DNA of 41,122 bases from a virus (Duplodnaviria > Caudoviricetes): the IMG/VR virus record IMGVR_UViG_3300023076_000005, positions 1-41,122 of that record; one strand, 5' to 3'. Positions within the stretch are counted from its first letter, which is position 1; each line of letters starts with the position of its first letter. Both the position numbers and the translations under genes were made by a program. Shown one piece after another: positions 15,195 through 25,800 of the stretch. The notes under the pieces were generated by a model. The model had not been told where the DNA came from. It made no database searches and saw nothing but the letters and a program-made list of their open reading frames with translations.

Positions 15195-16466
15195 ATGTTT
15201 TTTACGAAGCAGCGCGGGACGGCCGACAGCGTCGTCTCCAACCCCGATGGCAGTGTTTGGCGTAGCCTGATCGGCTCTGGGCGTAATAGCTCTGGCGCCA
15301 AGGTCACGCCCGAATCTGCGCTCGGCGTGCCGATTGTGCAGAACTGCGTGACGCTGTTGGCCGAAAGCATTGCTCAGCTCCCGCTGGAGTTGTACCGCCG
15401 GACTGACAACGGCCAGCGAGACGCCGCAATCAACCACCCGCTCTACGACGTGTTGCGCTATCAGCCCAACGGATTCCAGACGCCGTACGAGCACCGTGAG
15501 GGCAGCCAGCTCGCCGCAGGCCTGCGGGGCAATAGCTTCAATTACATCGAGCGCCGCGATGACGGTAACGTCACTGCGCTCTGGCCGATCCACAACGACA
15601 AGGTCATCGTCTATAAGGGCGGCGACATGCTGCCGTATTACCAGGTCGGTGCGTTTCAGGATCGATTGCCGATGCGGCTGATTCACCATGTGCGGTGGCA
15701 TTCGCACAATGGGTATCAGGGCTTGTCGCCGATCATGCTGCACGCCGAGGCCGTCGGGCTGGCTCAGGCGGTACGACAGTACACCGGCAAATCATTTGCC
15801 AACGGCGTGTCGGTGTCGGGCGTGATCGAGCGTCCGCGCGAAGCACCTGCGATCAAGGATCAGGGTTCTATCGACCGGGTTCTTGATCAGTGGGGCACAA
15901 AGTTCGGCGGCATGGATAACGCCAAGAAGGTCGCCATGCTGCAAGAGGGCATGACGTTCAAGCCGGTCTCCATGACCAACGTTGATGCCGAGGTTATCGG
16001 CATCCTCAAGCTCTCCGGCGTCGACTGTGCGCGGATTTATAAGATCCCGCTTCCCATGGTCAACGACTTGGACAAGGCCAACTACAACACTATCGAACAG
16101 CTGTTGATTCAGTTCGTGGTGTTCAGTTTGCTGCCGTGGGTCAAGCGTCACGAACAGGCGATGATGCGCGATTTTCTGTTGCCCAAGGATCGGCGCGACT
16201 ACTTCATCGAATTCAATCTGACTGGGCTGATGCGCGGCGACCAGAAGAGTCGATACGACTCCTACGCAATTGGTCGTCAGTGGGGCTGGCTGTCGGTGAA
16301 CGACATACGTCGCCTGGAAAATATGCCTCCTGTTACTGGCGGCGACGTTTACCTACAGCCGTTGAACATGGTGGATGCGGGCAAGCTGCCTGATCCGAAA
16401 GATCCCAAGGTGCGGGCGCAGCTGGAGCTGCAACAGCACGAAATCGAAAGGATGCTTGCGCAATGA
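15195..16466 (+). CDS. Portal protein (HK97 family)
   Basis: LAESIAQLPL, PNGFQT, GLSPI and SVNDIRRLENMPP. Confidence 0.95.
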   Translation: MFFTKQRGTADSVVSNPDGSVWRSLIGSGRNSSGAKVTPESALGVPIVQNCVTLLAESIAQLPLELYRRTDNGQRDAAINHPLYDVLRYQPNGFQTPYEHREGSQLAAGLRGNSFNYIERRDDGNVTALWPIHNDKVIVYKGGDMLPYYQVGAFQDRLPMRLIHHVRWHSHNGYQGLSPIMLHAEAVGLAQAVRQYTGKSFANGVSVSGVIERPREAPAIKDQGSIDRVLDQWGTKFGGMDNAKKVAMLQEGMTFKPVSMTNVDAEVIGILKLSGVDCARIYKIPLPMVNDLDKANYNTIEQLLIQFVVFSLLPWVKRHEQAMMRDFLLPKDRRDYFIEFNLTGLMRGDQKSRYDSYAIGRQWGWLSVNDIRRLENMPPVTGGDVYLQPLNMVDAGKLPDPKDPKVRAQLELQQHEIERMLAQ

Positions 16467-17413
16467 AACATTACTTACGTGCGTCCGGCATGCTGTTCAA
16501 CCAGCCCTTGCTGGTGACGCCGGACATGCTGGATCTCGGCGTGCGCTGGGCCAACCAGGCAATGAACCTGAACATCATCAACCTTGCCCCGGCCATGGGT
16601 GCCAGCCTCGGCTTCTACGACGATGAGGCGCAGGATCGGGTCGATCAGGCAGAGGAACAGAAGCGAGCAGCCTTGGCGTCGACAGGCGTGCAGGTCCTGC
16701 CGGTCCATGGCTTTCTGGTCAGTCGCGGCAGCCATATCAACGCCTGCGAAACCATGACCAGCTACGAGGGCTTGCGTCAGCAACTGCGCGCGGCAGTGGC
16801 AGATCCGTTGGTGGAACGGGTCGTGCTCGATATCGACACGCCGGGCGGTTCGGCCGTGGGCGCGTTCGAGCTGGCAGCAGACATTCGCGCCCTGGCGCAG
16901 ATCAAGCCCATCACCGGCATCGTTAATTTCATGGCCTACAGCGGCGGCTACCTTATCGGTAGCGCGTGCAGTGAGTTGGTCGTGAGCCAGACCAGTGGCG
17001 TTGGCTCCATTGGCGTCATTGCCAGCCACATGGATCGCTCCAAACAGGCTGAAAGTCAGGGCGTGAAGGTCACCACCGTGTATGCCGGGGCTCACAAAAA
17101 CGACCTGAGTCCCCACGAACCGTTGACCGAACAGTCGATGGCGTTCCTGCAGGAGCTGGTACAGGAAAGCTATCAGCTGTTTGTCAGCGCTGTATCCGAC
17201 TATCGCGGACTCAGCATCGAGGCAGTTCGGGCCACCGAGGCGGGGCTGTATCGAGGCAAGGCCGGGATCACTGCGGGCTTGGCAGATCGTCTGCAAAGCC
17301 CGCAAGACGCGGTGGATGACCTTTCGCGGGCCGTCGCGCAAAGCCGGATGCAACGGCAGGGCAGCCGTATCGGGTTGCGTGCAAACGCCATGAACATTCA
17401 AGCAACACTCTGA
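16463..17413 (+). CDS. S49-family head maturation protease
   Basis: LDIDTPGG, AYSGGY, GVGSIGV and AGAHK. Confidence 0.92.
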   Translation: MKHYLRASGMLFNQPLLVTPDMLDLGVRWANQAMNLNIINLAPAMGASLGFYDDEAQDRVDQAEEQKRAALASTGVQVLPVHGFLVSRGSHINACETMTSYEGLRQQLRAAVADPLVERVVLDIDTPGGSAVGAFELAADIRALAQIKPITGIVNFMAYSGGYLIGSACSELVVSQTSGVGSIGVIASHMDRSKQAESQGVKVTTVYAGAHKNDLSPHEPLTEQSMAFLQELVQESYQLFVSAVSDYRGLSIEAVRATEAGLYRGKAGITAGLADRLQSPQDAVDDLSRAVAQSRMQRQGSRIGLRANAMNIQATL

Positions 17414-17436
17414 CCGCGTTCGCGGCAGTGACCCAC

Positions 17437-17458
17437 ACCCGCTTCGGCGGGTTTTTTT
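17437..17458 (+). terminator. Terminator-like hairpin before the capsid gene
   Basis: ACCCGC-TTCG-GCGGGT followed by a T run. Confidence 0.7.
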
Positions 17459-17474
17459 ATGCCCAGGAGGCAGT

Positions 17475-18791
17475 ATGTCCCTTGTAACTCAATTGCGAAG
17501 CGAACGCGCCACGCTCAATGCTGCCATTCAGGTGCTGGCGAACATTGAAAAGGGTGGTGGCAGCCTGACGGCCGAGCAGCTCACTCAGTTTGCCGATCTG
17601 GAAGCCCAGTTCGGTTCCCTGACAGAGCGACTCACCCGCGCTGAAACGGCGGAACGTCTGGCGGCAGCAACCGCTGTGCCGGTCAACGAAGGCGCTCAGG
17701 GTCTGAAAGGCCCGCCTTCTGGCAGTATCTCGGGTCCCTTTGCCGAGACAACCAAACCCGGTGTTGCCATGGCGCAGATGGTCCGGCTGCTGGTACAGGC
17801 CGGTGGCAATCAACACCAGGCTGCCGAGATGGCAAAGACCGGCGGCTATGGCGCTGACGTGCATATGGCGCTGTCCACGGTCACGCCTGGCTCCGGCGGC
17901 GTGCTTGTCCCGGAAAATTTCAGTACCAGCGTGATCGAGTCGCTGCGTCCCAAGTCCGTTATTCGCAACATGGGTGCCGTCAGCCTGCCGCTGAACAACG
18001 GCAACCTGACCATGCCGCGTGTGATTGGTAACACGCAGGTCAGCTACATCGGTACCGAGGAAGATATCGCGGTCACTGATATGCAGTTCGGCGACCTGAA
18101 ACTGTCGTCGAAAAAAGCCGCAGCCATCGTGCCGATCTCCAACGATCTGCTGGCATACGCCGGTGTTAACCCGCGTATCGACACTCAGGTCAGCAGCGAT
18201 CTCGCAACCAGCATGGGTCTCTCAGAAGACCTGCATTTCATCCGTAGCGCAGGTAGCGTCAATCTGCCGAAGGGCCTGCGTTACTGGGCACCGGCTTCCA
18301 ACGTCCTGGCAGCGCCTGCTGGTTCCACCTTGCAAATCGTTGATCTGTACCTGGGCGGCATGATGCTGCGCCTGGAAACCGCGAACGTCGATCTGGCTGC
18401 CTGCGGCTGGATCATGGCGCCCCGCACGCTGCGTTGGCTGCAATCGTTGCGTGATGGCAACGGCAACAAGGCTTACCCGGAAATCGATCTGGGCCTGCTC
18501 AAAGGCTACAAGGTTGCGCTCACCACGCAGATCCCAACCAACCTCGGCGCCGGTGGCAACGAGTCTGAAATCTACTTCGTCAACTTCGCTGATTGCTACA
18601 TCGGTGAAGACACCAACCTGGCCGTGGCGATCAGTACCGAGGCTTCCTACAAAGATGCCAACGGCGAAACCGTCAGTGCTTTCCAGCGCGACCAGACGCT
18701 GATCCGAGTGATCAGCAAGCACGACTTCGGTCCGCGTCACCCTGAGTCGGTTGCTGTCGGGACCGGCATCACCTGGGGTGCAGGCATGTAA
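17475..18791 (+). CDS. Major capsid protein (HK97 fold)
   Basis: 438 aa; N-terminal coiled-coil delta domain, GGVLVP, VPISNDLL, LRDGNG and FQRDQTLIR. Confidence 0.93.
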   Translation: MSLVTQLRSERATLNAAIQVLANIEKGGGSLTAEQLTQFADLEAQFGSLTERLTRAETAERLAAATAVPVNEGAQGLKGPPSGSISGPFAETTKPGVAMAQMVRLLVQAGGNQHQAAEMAKTGGYGADVHMALSTVTPGSGGVLVPENFSTSVIESLRPKSVIRNMGAVSLPLNNGNLTMPRVIGNTQVSYIGTEEDIAVTDMQFGDLKLSSKKAAAIVPISNDLLAYAGVNPRIDTQVSSDLATSMGLSEDLHFIRSAGSVNLPKGLRYWAPASNVLAAPAGSTLQIVDLYLGGMMLRLETANVDLAACGWIMAPRTLRWLQSLRDGNGNKAYPEIDLGLLKGYKVALTTQIPTNLGAGGNESEIYFVNFADCYIGEDTNLAVAISTEASYKDANGETVSAFQRDQTLIRVISKHDFGPRHPESVAVGTGITWGAGM

Positions 18792-18850
18792 CACCGCGTC
18801 AGCCCTGCTAATGCGGGGCTGCCTTCAAAGTCTGGACTGAGGTACTGATC

Positions 18851-19249
18851 ATGAGTAACAGCGTTCCTGTGCGCTTCACCAAAGCGTGGCGCACCTATTT
18901 CCCTGGCGATATCGCAGGTTTCGATCACGAGACGGCGTCTACGTTGATCGGTGGTGGTGTGGCGACGGCGTATGCCGGTACGACCGCTGCCGCCGCCGTC
19001 TCCGCTGGGCCATCCAGCCCGACGGCAAAACCCGCCAAGAAAAATGCCGGAAGCCGGGGAGCGGCGGCAAAAAACGAAACTGTTATCCCGCCTTTGACGG
19101 GCCCGCTGGCCGGAGCTCTGACCGCTTCCGGAACGGACGACTCGCCACCCAATGATTCTGACGGTGGCGGAGACGATAGCCAGAACGATGGACCGGGTGA
19201 TGAAACGCCGTCCGACGATCAATCGGGCGATGACGACGAGAAGCCGTAG
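18851..19249 (+). CDS. Hypothetical head-associated protein with acidic tail
   Basis: VRFTKAWRTYFPGDIAGF; Asp-rich C-terminus; GAGG RBS. Confidence 0.7.
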   Translation: MSNSVPVRFTKAWRTYFPGDIAGFDHETASTLIGGGVATAYAGTTAAAAVSAGPSSPTAKPAKKNAGSRGAAAKNETVIPPLTGPLAGALTASGTDDSPPNDSDGGGDDSQNDGPGDETPSDDQSGDDDEKP

Positions 19250-19251
19250 CC

Positions 19252-19803
19252 ATGGCCCGGCGCATTGCCTACATCGGTGAGCCGGTGCTGACGCTGGAGC
19301 AGGTGGCGTACCAATGCCGCCTGGATCCAGAGGACACGGTAGCCGAGCTGATCGAGGGTGTGATCATTCCGGGTGTCACCGGGCAGGCAGAGAACCGCAC
19401 CGGCGCGGCGATCCGGCAGGCTGAATACGAGGATGAATGGCCCGAGCATTACGCCTCGGGCCACGCCTTGGATATAGGACAGGCGACGGACATTCTGTCA
19501 GTCAGCCGGATCCAGCGAGACGGCTCTGCGGAGGCGTTGACGGTATCGCACAGCCTGCGCAACCGGGGGCGTGAAAGCTTTCTCTACTTCCCGGATGGTC
19601 GGCCTGCTGGTGAGTTGCTGATTCGCTATCAGGCGGGTGTTGATCTTGATCGTCATCCTGCGGTTCGTACCTGGTTGTTGATGCAGGCCGCCACGGCTCA
19701 CGAATACCGCGAGACGCTGGTGAGCGGTATCACCCTGGCGGAGCTACCTGGCTCGATGCTGGATTCGCTCCTTTCCGAAATCACTGTCCCGCCGAGGTTC
19801 TGA
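19252..19803 (+). CDS. Head-tail connector protein
   Basis: EPVLTLEQV...CRLD, AENRTG and HEYRE; gene position. Confidence 0.8.
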   Translation: MARRIAYIGEPVLTLEQVAYQCRLDPEDTVAELIEGVIIPGVTGQAENRTGAAIRQAEYEDEWPEHYASGHALDIGQATDILSVSRIQRDGSAEALTVSHSLRNRGRESFLYFPDGRPAGELLIRYQAGVDLDRHPAVRTWLLMQAATAHEYRETLVSGITLAELPGSMLDSLLSEITVPPRF

Positions 19804-19804
19804 T

Positions 19805-20125
19805 ATGCGCGCAGGTCCGTTACGTCACCGCTGCCGTGTTCAGGAGGCGGTCAGTCAAAAAGGGCCTGGCGGCAGTTTGCTGCAAACCTGGACTGACATC
19901 AGTTCGGTATGGGCTGACATATCAATCCCTACAGGTCGCACTGAGGCTGTTTCTGATCGGTTACAGGCTGAGGTCACGGCTGAAATCCAGACCCGCTACC
20001 GGGCCACGATTGTGGCCGGTATGCGGATCGTTCACGGCCCCAGGGCTTATCTAATCGAAGCTGTGCTTCCCGACAACAAGTTGACGATGCTTCGGCTGCT
20101 TTGTTCGAACGTCATCAATCCTTAA
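19805..20125 (+). CDS. Head closure / head-tail adaptor
   Basis: MRAGPLRHR...W.D...VWA...AGMRI...YLIEAVLPD. Confidence 0.88.
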   Translation: MRAGPLRHRCRVQEAVSQKGPGGSLLQTWTDISSVWADISIPTGRTEAVSDRLQAEVTAEIQTRYRATIVAGMRIVHGPRAYLIEAVLPDNKLTMLRLLCSNVINP

Positions 20126-20137
20126 GAGGTTTACTCA

Positions 20138-20317
20138 ATGAAAGTACGTGCTCTGGCTGGTTTCTCCGGTCCGATGGGTCAGAAGGTTCGCGGCGATGAA
20201 TTTGAAGTCGCGGATGAGGTGGGGGCGGAGCTGGTCGAGCGCCGCCTAGTCGAGGCCGTTGAGCCTGACGCAAAAGCGGCGAAGACCGCCAAGCCCAAGC
20301 CGGCCGCTGGGGAATAA
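20138..20317 (+). CDS. 59-aa hypothetical protein (absent from ORF track)
   Basis: GAGG RBS, ATG 20138, MKVRALAGFSGPMGQKVRGDEFEV...PAAGE, TAA ending 20317; fills the gap in the operon. Confidence 0.75.
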   Translation: MKVRALAGFSGPMGQKVRGDEFEVADEVGAELVERRLVEAVEPDAKAAKTAKPKPAAGE

Positions 20318-20320
20318 TTC

Positions 20321-20827
20321 ATGGCAGCTCGTCGGTCGCGGATGTCGGGCGATTTCCAGCTGCGTAAGACACTTCGGAACATTCATACGCAGCTGGATAA
20401 CCAACTCAAACCGGCCATGCAGCAGGGCGCTGACCAAATTCTGGCGACCATGCAGCAACTCATCCCCAAGGATTCGGGCGATGGTGCTGCCGCATTAACG
20501 GCATTCGTGTCGAAAAGCGGGCTGGATGCGCAGATTGGATTGCGGGGGAAAAAGCTCAACAAGCGATTTTTCTACCTTCGTTTTATTGAGTATGGAACCA
20601 AGGGTTATACCGAGGGCAAGAAGCGGGCAGGTGGCCGGAACAAGCGCGTCACCAACAAGGCGGACGGCGTGAATTTCTTCGGTAAATACCCGGACATTCC
20701 TGCTCGTCCTGCTCATCCGTGGTTGCGACCGGCCTACGACGTCAATAAGGAGTTTGTGCTCATGAATATTCGTCGCGCCGTGAGCAATACGTTGAGGCGC
20801 GCGAGCGAGGAGTTAGGCCGTGGCTGA
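20321..20827 (+). CDS. HK97 gp10-like neck/tail component
   Basis: FYLRFIEYGT and PAHPWLRPA. Confidence 0.85.
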   Translation: MAARRSRMSGDFQLRKTLRNIHTQLDNQLKPAMQQGADQILATMQQLIPKDSGDGAAALTAFVSKSGLDAQIGLRGKKLNKRFFYLRFIEYGTKGYTEGKKRAGGRNKRVTNKADGVNFFGKYPDIPARPAHPWLRPAYDVNKEFVLMNIRRAVSNTLRRASEELGRG

Positions 20828-21203
20828 TCCCTCCTTTGCGCTTCAGGTCGCGATATTCGAACGCATGGAGGCGGAGCTGTCATGCCCGTTCTATGACAGC
20901 GTCCCGATGAACTCGCCGTTTCCCTATGTGACGATTGGCACCGAAATATCGAGCAATGTCGACACCCTCAATAGTCGTCGTGATTTTCGACTGTTCTACC
21001 TCACGGTCTGGTCCGATTTCAAAGGCCAGGAGCAGGTAAAACGCCTGATGGCAGAAATTGATGCGGCTCTGCATGAGCGACCTTTGCCGCTATCCACCGG
21101 GCGCGTCGTATCAATCCGGGTCGCGCGCAAGCAGGCCACACCCGAGCCGGATGGCATCACCTACCAGGGCAGCGTCACGCTCCGGATCCTCACCACGCAT
21201 TAA
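20820..21203 (+). CDS. Tail completion/terminator protein (DUF3168 type)
   Basis: ADPSFALQ.AI...YDSVP...FPYVTIG...LTVWS. Confidence 0.82.
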   Translation: MADPSFALQVAIFERMEAELSCPFYDSVPMNSPFPYVTIGTEISSNVDTLNSRRDFRLFYLTVWSDFKGQEQVKRLMAEIDAALHERPLPLSTGRVVSIRVARKQATPEPDGITYQGSVTLRILTTH

Positions 21204-21258
21204 CCGCTGAACCAACGCCGCCACGCGGCTTTATCACCTGTCCTCAGGAGGACTACCC

Positions 21259-21723
21259 ATGTCTATCAACACCGGCGCTGGCACGCGATTTTATATCGGG
21301 CCTCGCCTTAGCGCCGAACTCCCGGCAGCCAAGGCCGCTGCTCTCACGTTGCTTGCTGGCCTGACTTATGTCGAGGTTGGCGAGATGGAAAGCATCGGCG
21401 ACTACGGCGACACGATCAACGATGTGAGCTTCTCTGGCCTCGCCAGCGGTCGCGCCAAGCACTTGAAGGGCCTGGCAGATGCCGGGTCGGCTGAGCTGTC
21501 CATCGGCTTTGACGCGGGCGACGCCGGGCAGTTGGCCTTGGTCGAAGCATTCCTTGATCGCTCTCGTTTCGATTACCCGGTCAAGGTGGTGTATGTCGAT
21601 GGCGAGACCGATTACTTCGCCGTGAAGGTCATGAGCAACAAGAAGACCGGCATCAGCGTTGAAGGTGTGCTGAAGCGCACGGTCACTCTGGGTATCAACT
21701 CGGAAATCTACGAAGCCGAGTAA
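21259..21723 (+). CDS. Major tail tube protein
   Basis: 154 aa; VEVGEMESIGDYGD, KGLADAG and DAGQLAL; strong RBS. Confidence 0.8.
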   Translation: MSINTGAGTRFYIGPRLSAELPAAKAAALTLLAGLTYVEVGEMESIGDYGDTINDVSFSGLASGRAKHLKGLADAGSAELSIGFDAGDAGQLALVEAFLDRSRFDYPVKVVYVDGETDYFAVKVMSNKKTGISVEGVLKRTVTLGINSEIYEAE

Positions 21724-21792
21724 GCCGATCTGCCGTCGCCGCATCGTTGCGGCGGCGGTCTTTACCTCAAAATTTGATAGAGAGAACCGTCC

Positions 21793-22155
21793 ATGTCCAA
21801 CTCCAAGACAAGCCACGGCACCGTTGAGGTTACCGGCGGCGACATCACCTTCACCTTGAAGCCTACACTGCGAGCGTTTCGCGAAATCGAACGCCGCTTC
21901 GGTGGTGTTATTGCGGCCATGCAGGCGGTTGGCGGTGGCAATGTCAGCAGTGTGTCTTTCGTCATCGCCGCAGGCACTGGCGTTGATACTGGCAAGCGTA
22001 AAGAAATTGAAGCGGTCGAAGAGCAGGTGTTTGCCGCTGGCGTAAATACGGTCGCCTCCCAGGTGTTTCCGTTTCTGAATGCTCTGCTTAATCCCGGTGG
22101 TAAGACTGACGCCGAGATCGAGAAAGAAAAAGAAGAAGCTTCGGGAAACGAGTAA
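21793..22155 (+). CDS. Tail assembly chaperone (G analogue)
   Basis: Follows the tail tube gene; ends with the slippery site G GGA AAC. Confidence 0.8.
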   Translation: MSNSKTSHGTVEVTGGDITFTLKPTLRAFREIERRFGGVIAAMQAVGGGNVSSVSFVIAAGTGVDTGKRKEIEAVEEQVFAAGVNTVASQVFPFLNALLNPGGKTDAEIEKEKEEASGNE

Positions 22156-22415
22156 AAGCGGGTCCCGAAGTCGACACCGTTGACCTGATTTTCAAGATCG
22201 CTACTGGCTGGCTCGGATGGTCGGCCAGCCAGGCGTGGGACACTCCGATGGTGGAAACGCTTATGGCGTGGGAATCAAAACGCCAGTTCATGATCGACAC
22301 CAATCCGTACGGCGGTGGGGGTGGCGATGCCAAGGACAAGCAGTCCAAAGTGCAGATCGCCAAAGATGCTCGGATGGGATTCCGTGTGGCTGCGATGACA
22401 AGGAAGAAGGGTTGA
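22143..22415 (+). CDS. -1 frame extension of the tail chaperone (T analogue)
   Basis: Open -1 frame from GGGAAAC (22143-22149): ...DLIFKIATGWLGWSASQAWDTPMVE...RKKG, TGA at 22413-22415. Confidence 0.78.
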   Translation, partial: GKRVKAGPEVDTVDLIFKIATGWLGWSASQAWDTPMVETLMAWESKRQFMIDTNPYGGGGGDAKDKQSKVQIAKDARMGFRVAAMTRKKG

Positions 22416-22473
22416 TAGCAGCAGATCGCGCTGTCAATTTGCCTGCATGCTGATACCGTGCGCTTAAACACGT

Positions 22474-22746
22474 ATGGAGGCGTTGTCTGTGAAATTGTTG
22501 ATTGTGATCCTGTTGGTATTGATCCTTGCTGTCTTGGCCCCTGGTCTGGTGCTAGGTACAGCGGGGATTCTGCTCGCGTCCTGGAAGACGATAGTTCTGT
22601 ACTCGATTGGTGTTGCCGTGCTGATTGGTCTGATCGCACTGTTCGACCGGTGGTTTATCAATCGCCGTTTGGATCTCGGTAGGGATAGATATTTGAAGCG
22701 TATTCAGAGGGTGGCCGACGAAGCCAACCGACGCAATCAGCGGTAA
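22474..22746 (+). CDS. Small membrane moron protein
   Basis: 90 aa, highly hydrophobic, basic C-tail, own terminator; start could be GTG 22489. Confidence 0.65.
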   Translation: MEALSVKLLIVILLVLILAVLAPGLVLGTAGILLASWKTIVLYSIGVAVLIGLIALFDRWFINRRLDLGRDRYLKRIQRVADEANRRNQR

Positions 22747-22763
22747 GTAAACCGCAACAATAG

Positions 22764-22789
22764 AAAACCGCCTCTCGGCGGTTTTTTTT
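22764..22789 (+). terminator. Moron terminator
   Basis: AAAACCGCC-TCTC-GGCGGTTTT followed by a T run. Confidence 0.8.
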
Positions 22790-22805
22790 CGCCTGGAGAA
22801 AAGCA

Positions 22806-25800
22806 ATGGGTGACGCTGACGTACAAGGCATGTTGATTCGCATCGAGGCGACAACGGCGCAGCTTCGTCAGGAAATCGCGCGCGGTGAGTCGGCGGTCGC
22901 GCAGTCGGCGGGGAAGATCGATGGCAGTCTCGCCAAGATAGACAGCGGCTTTGATCGCACTGGAGCTAATGCGAGCGCTTTGCAAAAAGCGGTAAGTTCC
23001 GCTTTTGCTGGCATTGGGATTGCGTCTGCCGCTGCCGTCGCTGGGCTGGTGGCAATCACCGTGAAAGCGACTGGGTATGCGCAGGAAATCAAAAACCTGT
23101 CTGCTCTTTCGAACGCATCTGTTACGGACTTTCAGCGGTTAGCCGCGGGTGCCAAGACTGTTGGCGTCGAGCAGGAAAAGCTTGGCGACATACTCAAGGA
23201 TACGTCAGACCGCGTGGGGGAATTCCTTCAGCGTGGCGGCGGCGAGATGGCCGACTTCTTCAAGGAAATCGCGCCCAAGGTCGGTGTCACGGCGCAGATG
23301 TTTGCCAAGCTCTCGGGGCCTGAAGCGCTGCAGCTCTATTACAACTCGCTGGAAAAGGCTGGTCTGAATCAGTCTCAGATGACCACCTATATGGAGGCAA
23401 TGGCCGACGAGGCAACCGCCCTTATCCCTCTGTTAAAAAACAACGGTGAGGGCTTCAAAAACTTTGGTGATCAGGCAGAGCGGTCCGGCCAGATCCTGAA
23501 ATCGTTTGAAGTCGACCGGCTGGTCCAGGCCAACCAGTCAATCAAAAACCTCGAATCATCGATTGATGGTGCCTCACGTCAGCTCGTCGTCGGCATGCTG
23601 CCTGGCATTGAAAGCGTCACCCAGCGTCTTACCGCAATGTCGAACAACGGCGCGATGGACGTCTTAGGGGCTGCCATCGGATTCTTGGCCGATCACCTCA
23701 ACGTTCTTGTTGTCTTGATGGGCGGTAAGGTTGCTGCGGCATTCACCGGCTACATTCAGGGGCTCGGCTCGGCTGCTGTGGCCTCCAACCAGGCGCGGGC
23801 AGCCAATATTGCACAGGCCGCCAGTGCTGTAGAGCTGGCGGCGGCCAACCAGATTGCAGCGCAGTCGGCAGTGATTCGGGCCGAGCGCGAAGCTGTCGCT
23901 GCCCGTGGCACGGCTGTCCAGACACAGATGTCGGTCCAGCTCGCACAGGCGCGCATGGCTGAGCGTAGCGCAACAGCTCAACTTGCTGCTGCTCAAGCGG
24001 GTTTGAAGGCTGCCTCCGGCGGTGTGATGGCCTTGCTGGGTGGCCCGGCCGGTGTCGCTGCCTTGGCGGTGGGGGCCGGTATCGCCTTCCTGACAATGAG
24101 CGGCAACGCCAAAGAGGCCGGTGCCAGCCTTGAGGATCTCAAGCGTCCAATTGAAGAGCTGCGCAAGGAATTCAAGGCGCTCACTCGTGATCAGCAGGAA
24201 GCGTCGATTGTCACCGCCGTTCGCCAGCAGGAGCAGGCGGTCAACGAAGCAGGGGAAGCCTACTCAGCTTTTCTCAGCACGACGAAGCAAGTCCTTGGAA
24301 GCACGGTCGGCTCCCGGATCGCGGGTGAGTTTGCCGAAGCCCGCAGTTCTGGCAAAGGCTTGACCGCTACCCTGGACGATATCCAGAAACGGTTTCATGT
24401 GCCTGAAGAGGGCATGCGCAGCCTTCGGGAAGCTGCTGGTAATGTCAGTACGCTGGACGTCAAAACCGGACAGCTGAGCGACCGGGTTGCTGCCTATCGG
24501 AAAGAGGTGACCGCTGGAACCGTTGCCACAAAAGGGCAGGGCGATGCAGATATCGTGGCGACCAACGCCGCGAACACCTATCTCAAGACCCTTGACGATC
24601 AGCTCACCAAGCTTAAAGACAAATCAGCGGTGGAGCAGGCGAGCACTTACATCGCCGAGCACAAGATCCCGGTCGAAAGTGAGCTCGCTGCAAAAATTCG
24701 TGATCGTGCATCGGCAATCGATGCGCAGAAGAAATCCGATAAGGATGCCACGGAGGCCACCAATGCGGCGTCGGCCGCAACAAAAAAGGCTGCCTCGGAG
24801 GAGGCAGGCCGAACGAAGGCGCTGGTCGATCTTAAGGTCCAGGCCGACATCGCCATCGCTTCAGCCACCGGGCTTGCTGATGCTTACCTGGCGGGTACTG
24901 ATAGATCGCGCGAATTCGCCTTGCAGCAAAAGGTTGAAGAGGCGTTGCTCAAAACTGGGTCATCTGCCCGCGAAGAGGTCATCGCAAAGCTCACCGCCCA
25001 ACAGGATGCCCAAGACAGGCTGAGCGTCAGCAAGGCCGCGTACGATCTTCAAAAAGAAACTGCTGACCTGATCGCCCAGGCCAAGGCCACGCTTCAGGGG
25101 GCTGATGCGTTGGCCGCTTATAACCTGCAGAAGTCGATGACCATTGCTCTTGCGGGCAAAAACATCGCTGTCGGCAGCGAGGAGTATCAGCAGCTGCTGG
25201 CGGCCAACAAGGCTCAGCAGGAAGCCGTAAAAATCGCGCAGCAGGCTGCCAATGCTGGCGGCATTGTGGACCGTCTGTATCCCGAAGCGAAATTGCTCAA
25301 GGATTACACCGAGGACCAAAAAGCGCTGAACGCCGCCATGGCGCTGTATCCAGAAAATGCCGCTCAGTACCAGGATGCACTGGCAAAGCTCGGGAATGAA
25401 TACGAGGTTAACCGCAGCAAGGCTACGCTCTGGGGCCAGATGACGGAGGGGGCAATTGATCGTATCGACCAGGCCTTCGCCACGGCTTGGGGAAATATCG
25501 GTGATGGTGCGTCGAGTCTGTGGGACAACCTGAAGACAGGTTTCAAACAGACGCTGGGCGAAATCGCTCACATGCTCACCACCAAGCCGCTTTTGGCGTC
25601 GATCAGCAATTGGCTGACCGGAAGCGACAATGGGCAGGGTTTGTCTGCGGTTTGGAACAAGCTTCTCGGCGGTGACAGCGGTTCATCCGGCGGTTTGGGT
25701 GGCCTGTTCGGCGGCTCCTCTTCTAATCAATCAGGCGGCGGGTTGTGGAGCGGTGTTGTAGGTCTCGGCAAGAATCTCTATTCCGCCTGGAGTTCGATCA

